Source: Octopus vulgaris
Lineage: Eukaryota
Direction of reading: 5' to 3'
NCBI GenBank assembly: GCA_951406725.2
Contig: OX597829.1
Span: 40,300,001 to 40,364,000, forward strand
Length of the DNA: 64,000 bases
Below the pieces are notes generated by a model that saw nothing but the letters and a program-made list of their open reading frames with translations, did not search any database and was not told the origin of the DNA. The position numbers and the translations under genes were made by a program. Below are positions 50,650-63,562 of the stretch, one piece after another. Numbering within the stretch: the first letter of the stretch is position 1; each line of letters begins with the position of its first letter.

Positions 50650-51440
50650 GGCAGCAAGCTGGTAGAACCGTTAGCATGCCTGGCGAAATGCGTAGCCGTA
50701 TTTTGTCTCCCGTTACATTCTGAGTTCAAATTCCGCCAAGGTCGACTTTACCTTTCATCCTTTCAGGGTCGATAAATTAAGTACCAGTTATGCACTGGGG
50801 GTCGATGTAATCGACTTAATCCGTTCGTCTGTCTTTGTTTGTCCTCTCTGTGTTTAGCCCATTGTGGGTAGTAAAGAAATAGGTATTTCGTCTGCCGTTA
50901 CGTTCTGAGTTCAAATTCCGCCAAGGTCGACTTTGCCTTTCATCCTTTCAGGGTCGATAAATTAAGTACCAGTTATGCACTGGGGGTCGATGTAATCGAC
51001 TTAATCTGTTCGTCTGTCCTTGTTTGTCCTCTCTGTGTTTAGCCCCTTGTGGGTAGTAAAGAAATAGGTATTTCGTCTGCTGTTACGTTCTGAGTTCAAA
51101 TTCCGCCAAGGTCGACTTTGCCTTTCATCCTTTCAGGGTCGATAAATTAAGTACCAGTTATGCACTGGGGGTCGATGTAATCGACTTAATCCGTTCGTCT
51201 GTCCTTGTTTGTCCTCTCTGTGTTTAGCCCCCTTGTGGGTAGTAAAGAAATAGGTATTTCGTCTGCCGTTACGTTCTGAGTTCAAATTCCGCCGAGGTCG
51301 ACTTTGCCTTTCATCCTTTCAGGGTCGATAAATTAAGTACCAGTTATGCACTGGGGGGTCGATGTAATCGACTTAATCCGTTCGTCTGTCCTTGTTTGTC
51401 CCTTCTCAGCGTTTAGCCCCCTCGTGGGTAGTAAAGAAAC
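50650..51440 (+). mobile_element. SINE A concatemer: 1 full + 3 head-less units
   Basis: Restarts at 50882, 51067 and 51253 (about 185-bp period). TSD TAATGTATCCCAAA (50636-50649, 51445-51458). Confidence 0.92.
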
Positions 51441-51647
51441 ACAGTAATGTATCCCAAACTTTGTGTGTTGTCTCTATGACAGTCATAAGAAAACTGTCCC
51501 ATGGGACTTTCTGAACGGAATGCCTCAGGGGAAAGATTACCTTGAGTTTTATTTGTATGGTGCAGCCTGTCTGTCTGATCATGAGCCCATGTCTCTTGCA
51601 GCCTGCTTCTCAAAAATGGTTGCACATGTTTGTTCAACAATAATGTA

Positions 51648-51710
<63 letters not shown>

Positions 51711-51889
51711 CACACACACACACACATACACGTGATTATTTTGCAATTTCAAAGTCCTGGGTTTTTATCTGACTGTGCAGCAGCACCTTGAGCTTACCTT
51801 CGAGTTGACCCAAGCTTTGTGAGTAAAACTGGATGGACCAAATTATATGGGAATCTGTCAGATTGTACATGGAATTGAAAGCTCCAATC

Positions 51890-51942
<53 letters not shown>

Positions 51943-52579
51943 GCACACACATGGTGTTGTGTCAACTGCTTCTGTTTGAGAATTACATTGAAGGTACATG
52001 TCTGTGGAACATTCAGCCACCTAGTTGCTGATACAAACAGTAAAATAGTTTAGTGGATAGGGATAAATGAATCTTCAATGTTGAAACTGATAGAGATCCA
52101 TTCACTTATATACCTCACACACACGTTTTTACTTGTTTCAGTTACAGAGGGTTTAGGTAAACAAACTGACCCCTATATAATCCCTTTTAATGAACTAAAT
52201 GAAGGATCATTCCACCGCCAAGAAACAGACCTTCATTCAAGCATTCAAATAAACAACCAAATAATTGTCTCATCTGCAGATACATGCAGATTGCACTCAA
52301 ATTTGATATGTAGATACCAACGGCATCAGGGCATGTATAAGTCTTGAAAAAATTACAAAAATCGATTCCAGGTGAGAATGCGATCGATAAAGCATTCTTT
52401 GGAATAGAAGAAAAGTCTATCTTTATTTCTGCTGGTGTCTCAAATTTAGGTTAAATCAGTGTTTCTCAAAGGGGAGGCCTATGGGACGGTGGGACAAGTT
52501 GTTTTGAGAAAATTCGGTTTAAATGTTTGACAACTCAGCACCGTCCATTGGACCGGGGAGGGGGTGGGGGCTTTTTTGC

Positions 52580-52862
52580 TCATTCAGGTATATGTTGAAT
52601 CCAGCTGGTCAGCTGGTGGTGTGGTTGTTGATGAGGATGACATCCACTTCCTGTGGTGTATGAGCTGTCCAGATGATGTCTAAGTGGGCAGGGTGCTCAC
52701 CATCAATATTGATTTCCTTGCCTTCCTAATTGGTCTCTCTAATGAAAGCATCTTGTAGGCAAGAGATAAAAAGCTTTTTAAGTGAACCATTGTTTCCTTG
52801 TCTGACTCTTTGTAGTTTGATCTTGTCATTGTCCTGGTGGAGTTTTAGTATTGCTGTTAATC
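52580..52862 (-). pseudogene. Decayed RTE-clade reverse transcriptase fragment
   Basis: RVRQGNNGSLKKLFISCLQDAFIRETN*EGKEINIDGEHPAHL-DIIW..AGFNIYLN: RT QG motif and G-I-N-I-D-G region, with the FADD motif deleted. Confidence 0.75.
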
Positions 52863-53008
52863 ACACTAGTCATACAATAAGGCTTGACCTTATGACTGTG
52901 TGACCACCAAAAGGGTATATCAGGTAAACATTTTGCATATTATATATACGAATATCTCAGAGTCTCACACAGGTAAACTGAAAACCAATTTAATTTCAAT
53001 GTCTTCCC

Positions 53009-53241
53009 CTGTAGTTTTCAACCATATTTTTGCCTATGGACCCCTTCGATTTCTATTTTATATAGGTGGGCCCCCACCCCACCCCCATCATACAGCCATT
53101 TAATATTTAATTTATAATTAGATATTAGAAATTTTACTAAAAGACTGTGTCGTGGAAGTATAAACAATTTATTACACATAACCATAAAAAATTATATATA
53201 GAACCCCCAAAGGTTATAGGGACCCCGGTTGAGAACCACTG
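53009..53241. mobile_element. hAT (Charlie-like) MITE
   Basis: CTGTAGTTTTCAACC ... GGTTGAGAACCACTG. Another hAT-like end CAGTGTTTCTCAAA at 52457. Confidence 0.65.
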
Positions 53242-53407
53242 ATCTACATAGTTCCTTCTTTTACAATTGCTTTTAGGATTCAATAGTGGTCCCACTATTT
53301 GCATATTTTGCAAAGAGTAGACCTTTTTAACAGAAACAAACTGCCATTGTCATGAAGCATTGTCTTTAACTAAAGTTTTTTTTTCTCTTTTCTGTTCTAT
53401 GTTCCAG

Positions 53408-53571
53408 GGTATGTATCATCATCTGTCATAGCAATGAATTGATGAACCAAACAGAACCTATTGATGATTCCAAGTTATTAAACTGAAAGGATTTTAGAAC
53501 TTGACAAAAAAATATTTCCAAAATTTATAAGCAAGTTTGAAGAAAACAACAAAAAAAATTAACAATTAAAA
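53408..53571 (+). other. Candidate non-coding (UTR or lncRNA) exon
   Basis: Long polypyrimidine tract ending TTCCAG| and a strong donor AAA|GTAAGT. Unique sequence with stops in all three frames. Confidence 0.4.
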
Positions 53572-53762
53572 GTAAGTACTTCTTCATATATTTTTGTCTT
53601 TCCAAATATAATTTTTAAAATGTTTATCTCCATATATAGAAATACTCATTTTTTTTTTTTTTTTGTTCCTCTGACCTTTTTTATTTTTGTTTCCTCTGTC
53701 TGTCTGTCTGTCTCTCTCTCTGTCTCTCTCCCTCTCTCTGTATGTCTCTCTCTCTCCCTGTA

Positions 53763-53793
<31 letters not shown>

Positions 53794-54269
53794 GTCTCTC
53801 TCTCTCCTGCTCAAACTTTCTCTTCTCAAAGATCCTTGAGTTTTATTTCATTTATTTATTTATTTATTCATTTATTGCTTTACATTCATATTTTATATAT
53901 TGCTGTAACTGATCTCCATGTTTGATGTGACATTGACATGCACTGACCTCCATGTCAACCCACTGACCTGCATATGTAATGAGCTTGTGTGACATGTTCA
54001 ACATTGTCTGTAAATTCTACAACTGTTTATTAGATTTTCAGATTCCCATCTCAAACACTGGTTTATTTCACACGTGTCATGTGTATATATATATATATTA
54101 CATGTTTACAATGCCTGATTGTTCTTTTTAAAAATAACGTATTATTTAATTTTATTATATAAACTTGTATTTATCTTTATTTCTCATATATGTGTATATA
54201 TGGTAGAAGCAGTATTGGTACTGTAGCTTCTAAAATGTGGAGAGTACTCAATACTGAGACTGGAGTAAA

Positions 54270-54331
<62 letters not shown>

Positions 54332-54428
54332 GTGTATGTGTATATATATATATATATGTGTATGTGTATATATATATATGTGTATGTGTATATATATATA
54401 TGTGTATGTGTATATATATATATATGTG

Positions 54429-54465
<37 letters not shown>

Positions 54466-54515
54466 GTGTGTATGTATATGTGTGTGTATGTATATATATA
54501 TATATATATATATAA
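54270..54515. repeat. (TA)n/(TGTGTA) microsatellite
   Basis: Seen directly. Confidence 0.95.
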
Positions 54516-54734
54516 TGTTGAGAGGATTCAAAATATGCAATTTAAATAGACAGATTTTAATGCAAAATTGTTTAGCAATGACAAGCAGATGTATATGTGT
54601 ATATTTACTCTAGCCTAGACTTCCTTGCTAATGCACTTACCAAACTTTGGTAATTCTGTTAGAATTGTGAAAAACTTATCAGATTTGTGTAACTCTTGTA
54701 GTATTGTCAGGTAAGAAACAAATAGAATGCAATA

Positions 54735-54786
<52 letters not shown>

Positions 54787-54840
54787 AAATTAAAAAAGGA
54801 AAATACGCATACTTACATAGTTTTAATATAATTTTTAATA

Positions 54841-54870
54841 TATCGACCGGTTTCGCTGTTGCTATTCATG
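54841..54870 (-). ncRNA. Degenerate hammerhead (core eroded) next to (TA)n
   Basis: Minus strand ATGAATA GC AACA GC GAAA CCGG TC GATA. Helix II, GAAA, palindromic ACCGGT and GUC intact; CUGANGA mutated. Confidence 0.4.
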
Positions 54871-55532
54871 TTATCATGTTTTACTTATTTGAATATATAT
54901 TTTTTTCTTAAGAAGAAATTTGGTCCATGTTGTGTGTGATGAAATTTATATATCATCATCATCGTTTAACTATATATATATATATCACACTCAGCCTTAT
55001 GTATTGTGTTCAATTTCTTCCAAATGTAGTTATGTATATGTGTGTCTTGGTGTATTTATGTATTATCATGTGTTCGGGTGTGTGTGTGTGTGTTATACGT
55101 TTGTACTTATAACTCTCTTATCTATATGATATATTTAACATATATGTATCTTTAAAAAACCAGAAGCTGAAGTTTTTTGTCCAAGGGAAAAAAATCCCTT
55201 TATAGAGTTTTCTGTTAAAAATAAAAGCAATATACTTTAGAAGTAGGTGAAATGAAATTGTCCCAGAAGTGACTATGAGGCCGATAGATGTGCACACTGT
55301 CATTGTTACAGATTGTCAGTGTCAAGTACTTGGGCCACCTCTGAAAAGAGGTTGACTAAACTAGTCTGATGTGTACAGAAACATTGTATAAGCAATGGAG
55401 TGTTTGCATTAAAGCTGTTTAGGCTGAATAAAATTCAAATTATGCAATAGAGGCAGCTCTAGAGTGAAATCTTTATCTATATGACATACTTGAATATATG
55501 TCTGTTTTTGAAAATTTGTATTCCAGTATGAA

Positions 55533-55835
55533 GGTGCAATGGCTCAGTTGTTAGAGAGCATTGGGCTTTCACAGTCATGAGGTAGTGAGTTCAATTCCGG
55601 GACCAGTCTGTGTGTTTTGTTCTTGAGCAAAACACTTTATTTCAAGTAGTTCCAGTTCACTCATCTGTAGAAATGAGTTTTGATGTCACTGGTGCCAAGC
55701 TGTATCAGCTTTTGCCTTTACTTTGTTTATGGAAGACTGCTTGTCTTCCATAAACAACTTTGTCTGGACTTGTACCTCAGAGGGGAATTTTCTAGGTGTA
55801 ATCCCATGGTCATTCATGATCAAAGGGGGTCTCCC
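55533..55835 (+). mobile_element. Older tRNA-derived SINE
   Basis: TGGCTCAGTTG A-box, GAGTTCAATTCC B-box, TTCTTGAGCAAAACACTTTATTTCA core. Confidence 0.7.
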
Positions 55836-56950
55836 TTTTGTATTCCAGCCAAAGCTGTATCATTACAAACCACTGTATTGTTCATACAATGTTTCTATAC
55901 ACTTCAAATTACCCAATTTGACCTTGTTACAGTAGTAACACAAGGGTATGTCATTGAAAAGCCATAAAAATGGTGAAATGTGCATCTGTCAGTTGTTGCA
56001 CTCACTTCCAGGTCAATTTTGTTCCGCCTTGTTCTGAACTATATTGGCGTTTTATAGCACAATATGTCTATAAAGGGATTTTTTTTTTTGGCCCAACACA
56101 AACTGCAGCCTCTTGCTTTTAATAACGACACATTTATGTTAAATGTCATAGATAATTTTACTCTAGATTTGCTGCTCTATATTTGTCTGTCTGTCTGTAT
56201 GTATGTGTGTGTGTATATATGTGTGTGTGTGTGTGTAAGTTGGTTGATAGATATGTGTAACAATAATCATGGAATACACTGAGACAATAACAAAAAAAAA
56301 AAATGCATTACCACTCTCCGGCCCTCACCTTCTAATACAATTGAAACTAAAGCAGCACCACGAAAATATCAAGTTTCAGATATTGGTTTCCATTCTCTTC
56401 TTTTGCTTTTGTTTTGTGCGTCACGCATCACTACCCTTTTGACAGTCTCCATAGAACTTCAATTAAAGTAAACTTTATATGTTCTTTCTCGTTATTGTCA
56501 GCAAAAATATTTTCATGATTGTAGAGTTTTTTTTTTTTCAGGACTGTAATTTAAGAGAAATATGGCTGCCATTTCATTTGCATTAATTTTTAAATTAACA
56601 AAGAATTTAGTGAAATAGTTGTTACTTTCATTGCCATGTCAAACTGCTTTGTTTATTTTTTCATTTTTTTTTCCATCATCATAATCATTGTTATTATTAT
56701 ATTTATGACCATTTTTTCCATGCCGGCATGGGTTAAATGAAGTCTTTTGAAGCAGATTTTGATATTGCTGGTTGCTTTTCCTATCGCTAACTCTCACATT
56801 TTTTTTTTTATTTATACAAGTAAGGTGTTTTCCATTCCACAGTTCCTCACACATCAGTGAAATACTGGACAATTGTTTACTGAGAGGAATTTAGTTCTCA
56901 GACGTTATATGAGGTAGCACAAAGAATCAGCATTCAGAATCAAACATGCG

Positions 56951-56954
<4 letters not shown>

Positions 56955-56986
<32 letters not shown>

Positions 56987-57830
56987 TATACACACATACA
57001 TATATACACACATACACACATAAACATATACACACATACATTTATACATATACACACACAAAATGCATACATTCATTCATACATACATTCATACACATAT
57101 ATACATACACAACATACATACACAACATACATACACACATGCATACTCCTATGTATACACATGTGTATTCATACACACACATAGATACAAATGCATTTAT
57201 ATACACGTATACATACTCAATGTATATACACACATGCATTCATACACACATGCATTTATATACACATACACGCATGCATTCATACACACATACATACACA
57301 ACATACACAACATACACACATGCATTTATATACACATACACACATGTATACACACGTATTCATACACACACAAAGATACAAATGCATTCATACACACATA
57401 AACATACTCAACATATATACACACATGCATTCATACACACATACATACACAACATACACACATGCATTGATACACAACATACACACATGCATTCATACAC
57501 ACATACATACACAACATACACACATGCATTTATATACACATACACACATGCATTCATACACACATATACATACACAACATACACACATGCATTGATACAC
57601 AACATACACACATGCATTCATACACACATACATACACAACATACACACATGCATTGATACACAACATACATACACACATGCATTCATACACACATACATA
57701 CACAACATACACACATGCATTCATACACAACATACATACACACATGCATTCATACACACATACATACACAACATACACACATGCATTTATATACACATAC
57801 ACACATGCATTCATACACACATATACATAC
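56955..57830. repeat. CA-derived complex minisatellite with recurring ACATGCATT units
   Basis: Reiterated CATACACACATGCATT(C/T/G)ATA and CATACACAACATACA blocks. Confidence 0.9.
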
Positions 57831-58430
57831 AGAACGTACATATGTAGGGCCATTAATCCTGACATTTTTGTTTTCTTTCTTCAATTTTTTCCTATCTCTC
57901 CATGTGTTTTTTCCTCTCATCCCTTTCTGTCAAAAGGCTGTAGGTTTGAAATGTAAAAGACTTTTCCATTTTCCCCTAGTGTCAAAATGATATACCTGAT
58001 TGTTGTTCCCTCAACTGCCTCTGTCGTTTGTTTTCCGTGCATTTGAACTATATACACACATATATGTATACACACAAACACACATACACAAATATATATG
58101 CACAAATACATACACAGATGCATACATATACACACGTGCATAGACACATATGTACACGTACATACACACATAGACATATATACATACACATATATCCACA
58201 CATATACATACACAAAATACATACACATACACACATACATACTGGGTTACTACAGTTTTCATCTAACGTATCCACTCACAAGGCACTGGTGGACCCTGGG
58301 TTGTAGAAGAAAAACACTTGCGCAAGATGCTGTGCAGCCAGATTGAACCCCAAACCACATTTTTGCTACAAGTTTCATAATCATACAGACAGACATATTT
58401 TTACCTGAAAGTTACAATGGAAAGATTTAA

Positions 58431-59001
58431 CCCTGTAACATTTAAGCGGGCTATATCAAGCTGTTTTATGTTCAGACCAGATCCAGCCTCACACACCTAT
58501 GTGTCTTAGATGTCATGCAAACAACTTGCACATGCAAGTGCTACCAGTTAAAAGCTCTGTATACTGGAAGCTAGCAAGTGTATGGGGTCATCAGGAGAGA
58601 ATGCGCGCCGTTTCGGGGCCTACCTCTCGACGGCATCAATGTGCACTGATATGAGGCCCCGCTTGCTAGATCAGCTGGTTATGAAGAACTCAATATACTT
58701 CTAGCCATCACTCATCATCTCTTTTTAACCAAATCCAGTGGCTAGCCTTCTCCACTGTAGTTTGGATATCAGTCATGGTGGTATTGACTTTACGATGAGT
58801 TAGGCCTAGCGATAACAACAGTCGTCTCACGCTGTGTCCAACAAACCCTCTACATCCGACTTCGATTCCTACATCGTGATTCAAAAAAAAAAATAAGCAA
58901 TCACATCAAGATCTCAGAACTATGAGATAATGCAAGATTACTCGAAAACACTGTGATTAAATAAACATTGGATTTGATAGAGTATTCTGAATGCCAAAGG
59001 G
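58431..59001. mobile_element. MITE E1 carrying an about 370-bp foreign insert (58500-58870)
   Basis: TTAA|CCCTGTAACATTTAA ... ATGCCAAAGGG|TTAA. E1 consensus breaks at CACACCTA and resumes at CCTACA. Confidence 0.75.
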
Positions 59002-59022
59002 TTAAATATGCGATCACTTTAA

Positions 59023-59487
59023 CCCTTTCGTTACCAAACCGGCTGAAACCGCTTCTGGCTCTGTAGTACAAATGTCTTGTTTCCATAAGTTTTGAATTAA
59101 ACTCTTACACCAAACCTTAGTCATAATTTACGTGCCTAACACTAGCTTAATGATAACAAAGTTATTTTACTAAATTCTTTGTTATATTTAAAAGTAATTG
59201 AAAGAAACACAGAGCATCTCAACAGAAATACAGTAACGAAAGGGTTAAAATATATAATAGAGAAACAATTCTTAACTCTTTTGATACTAACCTGGCTGAA
59301 ACTCACTCTGAGTACAAATGTCTTGTTTCCATGAGTTCTGAATTAAAATCTTCCACCAAACCTAAGTCACAATTGATGTTCCTAACACTAGCTTAATGGT
59401 AACTAAGTTATTTTACTAAATTCTTTATGTTGGAAGTAAAGGAAAGAAACAGAGAGCATCTCAAAATAAATACAGTAACGAAAAGGG
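59023..59487. mobile_element. Composite piggyBac-type MITE E2 dimer
   Basis: Units 59023-59244 and 59276-59487 with the same 23-bp spacer as 38345-38367. Confidence 0.9.
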
Positions 59488-60544
59488 TTAAACTATAAAG
59501 ATTTGTATCAGAAAACCAGAAGTGTCTTTGCGTAGGTGTTCTTATGAAAAGGGTCAATTTACCAATGCCCCATTCTTCAATCATCTTGATTGTAGTTTTT
59601 AGATTCATGAGGAACTGCAGGTGTTTTATAAACATGCTGTTACCGGGCAATTTCATCACAACATGTACTGCTTTTTTCTTTCTTTCTTTTTTTGTTTTGT
59701 TTTGTTTTGTTAATGTTGTTTTCCTCTTCTTCTGACTCATCACAGCTGCTGTTTCTAGCAGGTTGAACCGCCACCACATCGAAATATCTCTTCTTACCAT
59801 CTCACATCTCTTTTGCTTCCTGTTTCTCTCCCACATCAATAGCATTCTTGCTTGCTCTTACTTTCCCTTGCAACAATATATAGACTTGTAAGGCAGCAGC
59901 ATTGTTCGCCACTCCTCTTTCATTTATTTTTTTTTTTTGTGTACACACACACTCACACACACTCGAGCGTGTGTGTGTGTGTGTGTGTGTATGCGTTTGG
60001 ACATACACACATACATTGCAACAACATATATTCCACTGTCAGATGTTTAATCCCCTCTCCTATCCCTGCAGCTACCTTATGACCTTGGACATGATTAATA
60101 AATAGGAATCTCACTACATACCATAAGAACTTAGTCATTTATTCAACAGTGCCAAGGCAGTGTACATTAAAAAAAAAAAAAGAAATTGCACAAAGAGTGG
60201 GGGAGAGGGTCTTTTTAGGTTCAAAAAGGAATATTTACCATGACAGTACTTACCACCAAATCAAACAAACAAAACAAAAAAGTGAAAAAAAAAAAAAAAA
60301 GAGAGTGATTACTTAAACTGCAAGAAATATGAACAGCCAGATATGTCTCAAATCATACCTTTCAAGGAAGGGCACATTGGGTAATGTGTGCATGAACAAC
60401 TCTAAAGGTCTCATACAGCCATGACCATACGTATGACATAGTTTTAAAGGGCTGAGCAAGTCAGCCCAGCTATTATTCAGAAGAAGAAATAAATTTTTTT
60501 TTTTAAATAAAAATTCAAATGGAAATTGTAGTTAAGACACCCAT

Positions 60545-60845
60545 GCCGGGTGACACGTAAAAAGCACCGTCTGAACGTGGCAGATGCCAGCGCCACCTGA
60601 CTGGCGTCTGGCACCAACTGATCATGGCCGCTTGCCAGCCTGCTCTGGCCCCTGTGCTGGTGGCACTTAAAAAATACCCACTACACTCACGGAGTGGTTG
60701 GCGTAAGGAAGGGCATCCACCTGCAGAAACACTACCAAATCAGACTAGAGCCTGGTGCAGCCTCCATGGCTTCCAAACCCTGGTCAAACCGTCCAACCCA
60801 TGCTAGCGTGGAAAACGGACGTTAAATGATGATGATGATGATGAT
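60545..60845 (+). mobile_element. Family C retroposon
   Basis: Modules, GGTTGGCGTAAGGAAGGGCATCCA, GGAAAACGGACGTTAAA(TGA)n. Confidence 0.85.
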
Positions 60846-62321
60846 ATCAGGGCAAATTTATTTCCCACTCGCTTTAGTAGAAGTATTACTGTTGGGTGTA
60901 CATGACCAACAACATGTGGCTCATAGCTCTCTAGTTTCATATAGTAAGTATTTTGTGACTATTTTTCTTATGGAGACCAGTGCCAAGCTAAGAGGATTGT
61001 TTAGTACTGGGCGTCAAAGAAAGAATAAATTTTAGAATTTTATTTCTATTTTATTGCCTATCATAGTCTGCAGGGTGTCTTTGCACTATATACATAATAA
61101 AAATGTATTACATGTTATAATTCAATAAGATATTATGCCCTTTGTGTTTTATTATGTGCATGGTACCCCATTCTGTGGTAAAACAGTTTTGCATGGAACA
61201 GGTCTGTTGTGCAAAAAAGTTCAGGGATTGTTGTTTTAAATCATACAGTATGCCTCTACCCGGTTACTCGACATGCTATTTTGGACCCCAAAAAGGGTTT
61301 TGTAGCATATCAGGAGGTCACAGGAATTCATTCAATAAAAAAAAAAAAAAAAAATTTCCTATGATTCCGAATGGGGGGGGGTCCCTCCACCCTTTGTTCT
61401 GAACCAAAATAAGGGATTTGCAGCATATTAGGAGGTCAGGGTACTCAATTCCATGCAAAAAATTCAAGTTTTTTATTTCTCTTAGTGAAAATCATGCGGC
61501 ATTAATATAGAAATTTACCATAATTTTGTTGCTATTTGGTCTCAAGTCAACCCTGATGCAGCAAACCTATTATCAAAGACATTCCAGCCTCCAGCAAACT
61601 GTCTTTTTAGGGATAATGTAGGACATCACATACAATGGATGTGTGATTTAGGTAAGGAGATACTTTGGCTGCTATTTTTAGTGTGTCGAGCAACTAGGTA
61701 GAGGCTCATCCATTGGTTTGATTGCGTGAGATTTTTTTTACAAATATATGTATGTATATATATCATTGGCACTTATCAAACACGAATTTGGCCATTGTTA
61801 CTCTGTAACTTCTGCCTATTATTAATGTGTGTGTGTGTGTGTGTGTGTGTATAATGGACCCAGAAGTTGTTTGCAAACAGCAGCAGTAATTTTCTTTAGC
61901 TGAATACACGTCATTGATTGATTAAAATTACCCAGATACAACAACTTTAACATGAAATAACTTCTAAAATACAAAAATTTGTCGAAAATGTTAAGCGTAA
62001 ACCCTGTTCTATGTGACACATTCTACCAGTATCCGAAGTTTTAAAAAATTAATTAAAAGATCTGGTCGTCAAATTGAATAGATCCTTTTTTTTCCCCTTT
62101 TTTTTTTTCCTTTCTTCATTCACTTACATCAGTAAGTTGGTAGGATTGATAGAGCAACAGACAAAATACATAATTTAGTCATCGACCCTTTAATTGGTTA
62201 AATCAAATACTACTTTAATCTACTTTATTTTTTTATCCTTCCAGGACCTATAAGATAAAATACCTTGGCCTCACACCCATTTCATTTTCTTTCTCTCTCT
62301 CTCTCTCTCACTAGATACATA

Positions 62322-62736
62322 GGCGTAGGAGTGGCTGTGTGGTAAGTAGCTTGCTTACCAACCACATGGTTCCGGGTTCAGTCCCATTGCGTGGCACCTT
62401 GGGCAAGTGTCTTCTACTATAGCCTCGGGCCGACCAAAGCCTTGTGAGTGGATTTGGTAGACGGAAACTGAAAGAAGCCCATCGTATATATGTATATATA
62501 TGTATATGTGTGTGTATGTTTGTGTGTCTGTGTTTGTCCCCCTAGCATTGCTTGAGAACCGATGCTGGTGTGTTTATGTCCCCGTAACTTAGCGGTTCGG
62601 CAAAAGAGACCGATAGAATAAGTACTAGGCTTACAAAGAATAAGTCCCGGGGTCGAGTTGCTCGATTAAAGGTGGTGCTCCAGCATGGCCGCAGTCAAAT
62701 GACTGAAACAAGTAAAAGAGTAAAAGAGTAAAAGAG
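62322..62736 (+). mobile_element. SINE family B, young full-length copy
   Basis: Near-consensus, with (GTAAAAGA)x3 tail. Confidence 0.93.
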
Positions 62737-62907
62737 AGAGATAAGCCATGTGTGTATGTCTTCAGCAAGACACCTTCTATCATACATGTACACATATACA
62801 GTCAGACAAAAAGGCAACAATACGTGTCTGCGAGTTGGCCATCAAGCCCCAGTCATTCCTTTTCTACCACCATTTCTGATAATGTGAGGTCAATTGGATT
62901 TAGTCTG

Positions 62908-63331
62908 TTACTCTTCGCTCTTTCACTTGTTTCAGTCATTTGACTGTGGCCATGCTGGAGCACCACCTTTAGTCGAGCAAGTCGACCCCAGGACTTATTC
63001 TTTGTAAGCCTAGTACTTATTCTACCGGTCTCTTTTGCCGAACCATAAGTTACGGGTACGTAAACACACCAGCATCGGTTGTCAAGCGATGTTGGGGACA
63101 CACACACAGACACACAAACATATACATAAACATACATACATATATTTACATATATATGTACATATATGCGACGGGCTTCTTTCAGTTTCCGTCTACCAAA
63201 TCCACTCACAAGGCTTTGGTCGGCTCGAGGCTATAGTAGAAGACGCTTGCACAAGGTGCCACGTAGTGGGACTGAACCCGGAACCATGTGGTTGGTTAGC
63301 AAGCTCCTTACCACACAGCTACTCCTACGCC
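62908..63331 (-). mobile_element. SINE family B, full length, inverted relative to 62322
   Basis: Near-consensus on minus strand. Confidence 0.92.
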
Positions 63332-63562
63332 TAGTTTGGAAATCTACCTAATTCCCCTTTGGTACCTAGGTATCCTACCTGCCATGGAAGCATCAACCTG
63401 CCACTGGCAGGCTTATGTATATTACTCTTATAACAAGCCCCCGCCACAATGAATTACCTGATACAATAGAAGAAAGTATTTTTTGTCTTTAATCTTTATT
63501 TATAATAGCATGGCGCCTAGTCCGTACCAAAAGCGAAGATATGAACAGAAGAGATGATTACC

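Noticed and set aside
54614-54715. Possible exon ending CAG|GTAAGA
   Set aside because: Weak acceptor and no supporting reading frame; cannot be told from chance.
61290-61452. Short diverged direct repeat (TTTG.AGCATAT.AGGAGGTCA x2)
   Set aside because: Only two short copies next to a hAT-like remnant, with no further structure seen.
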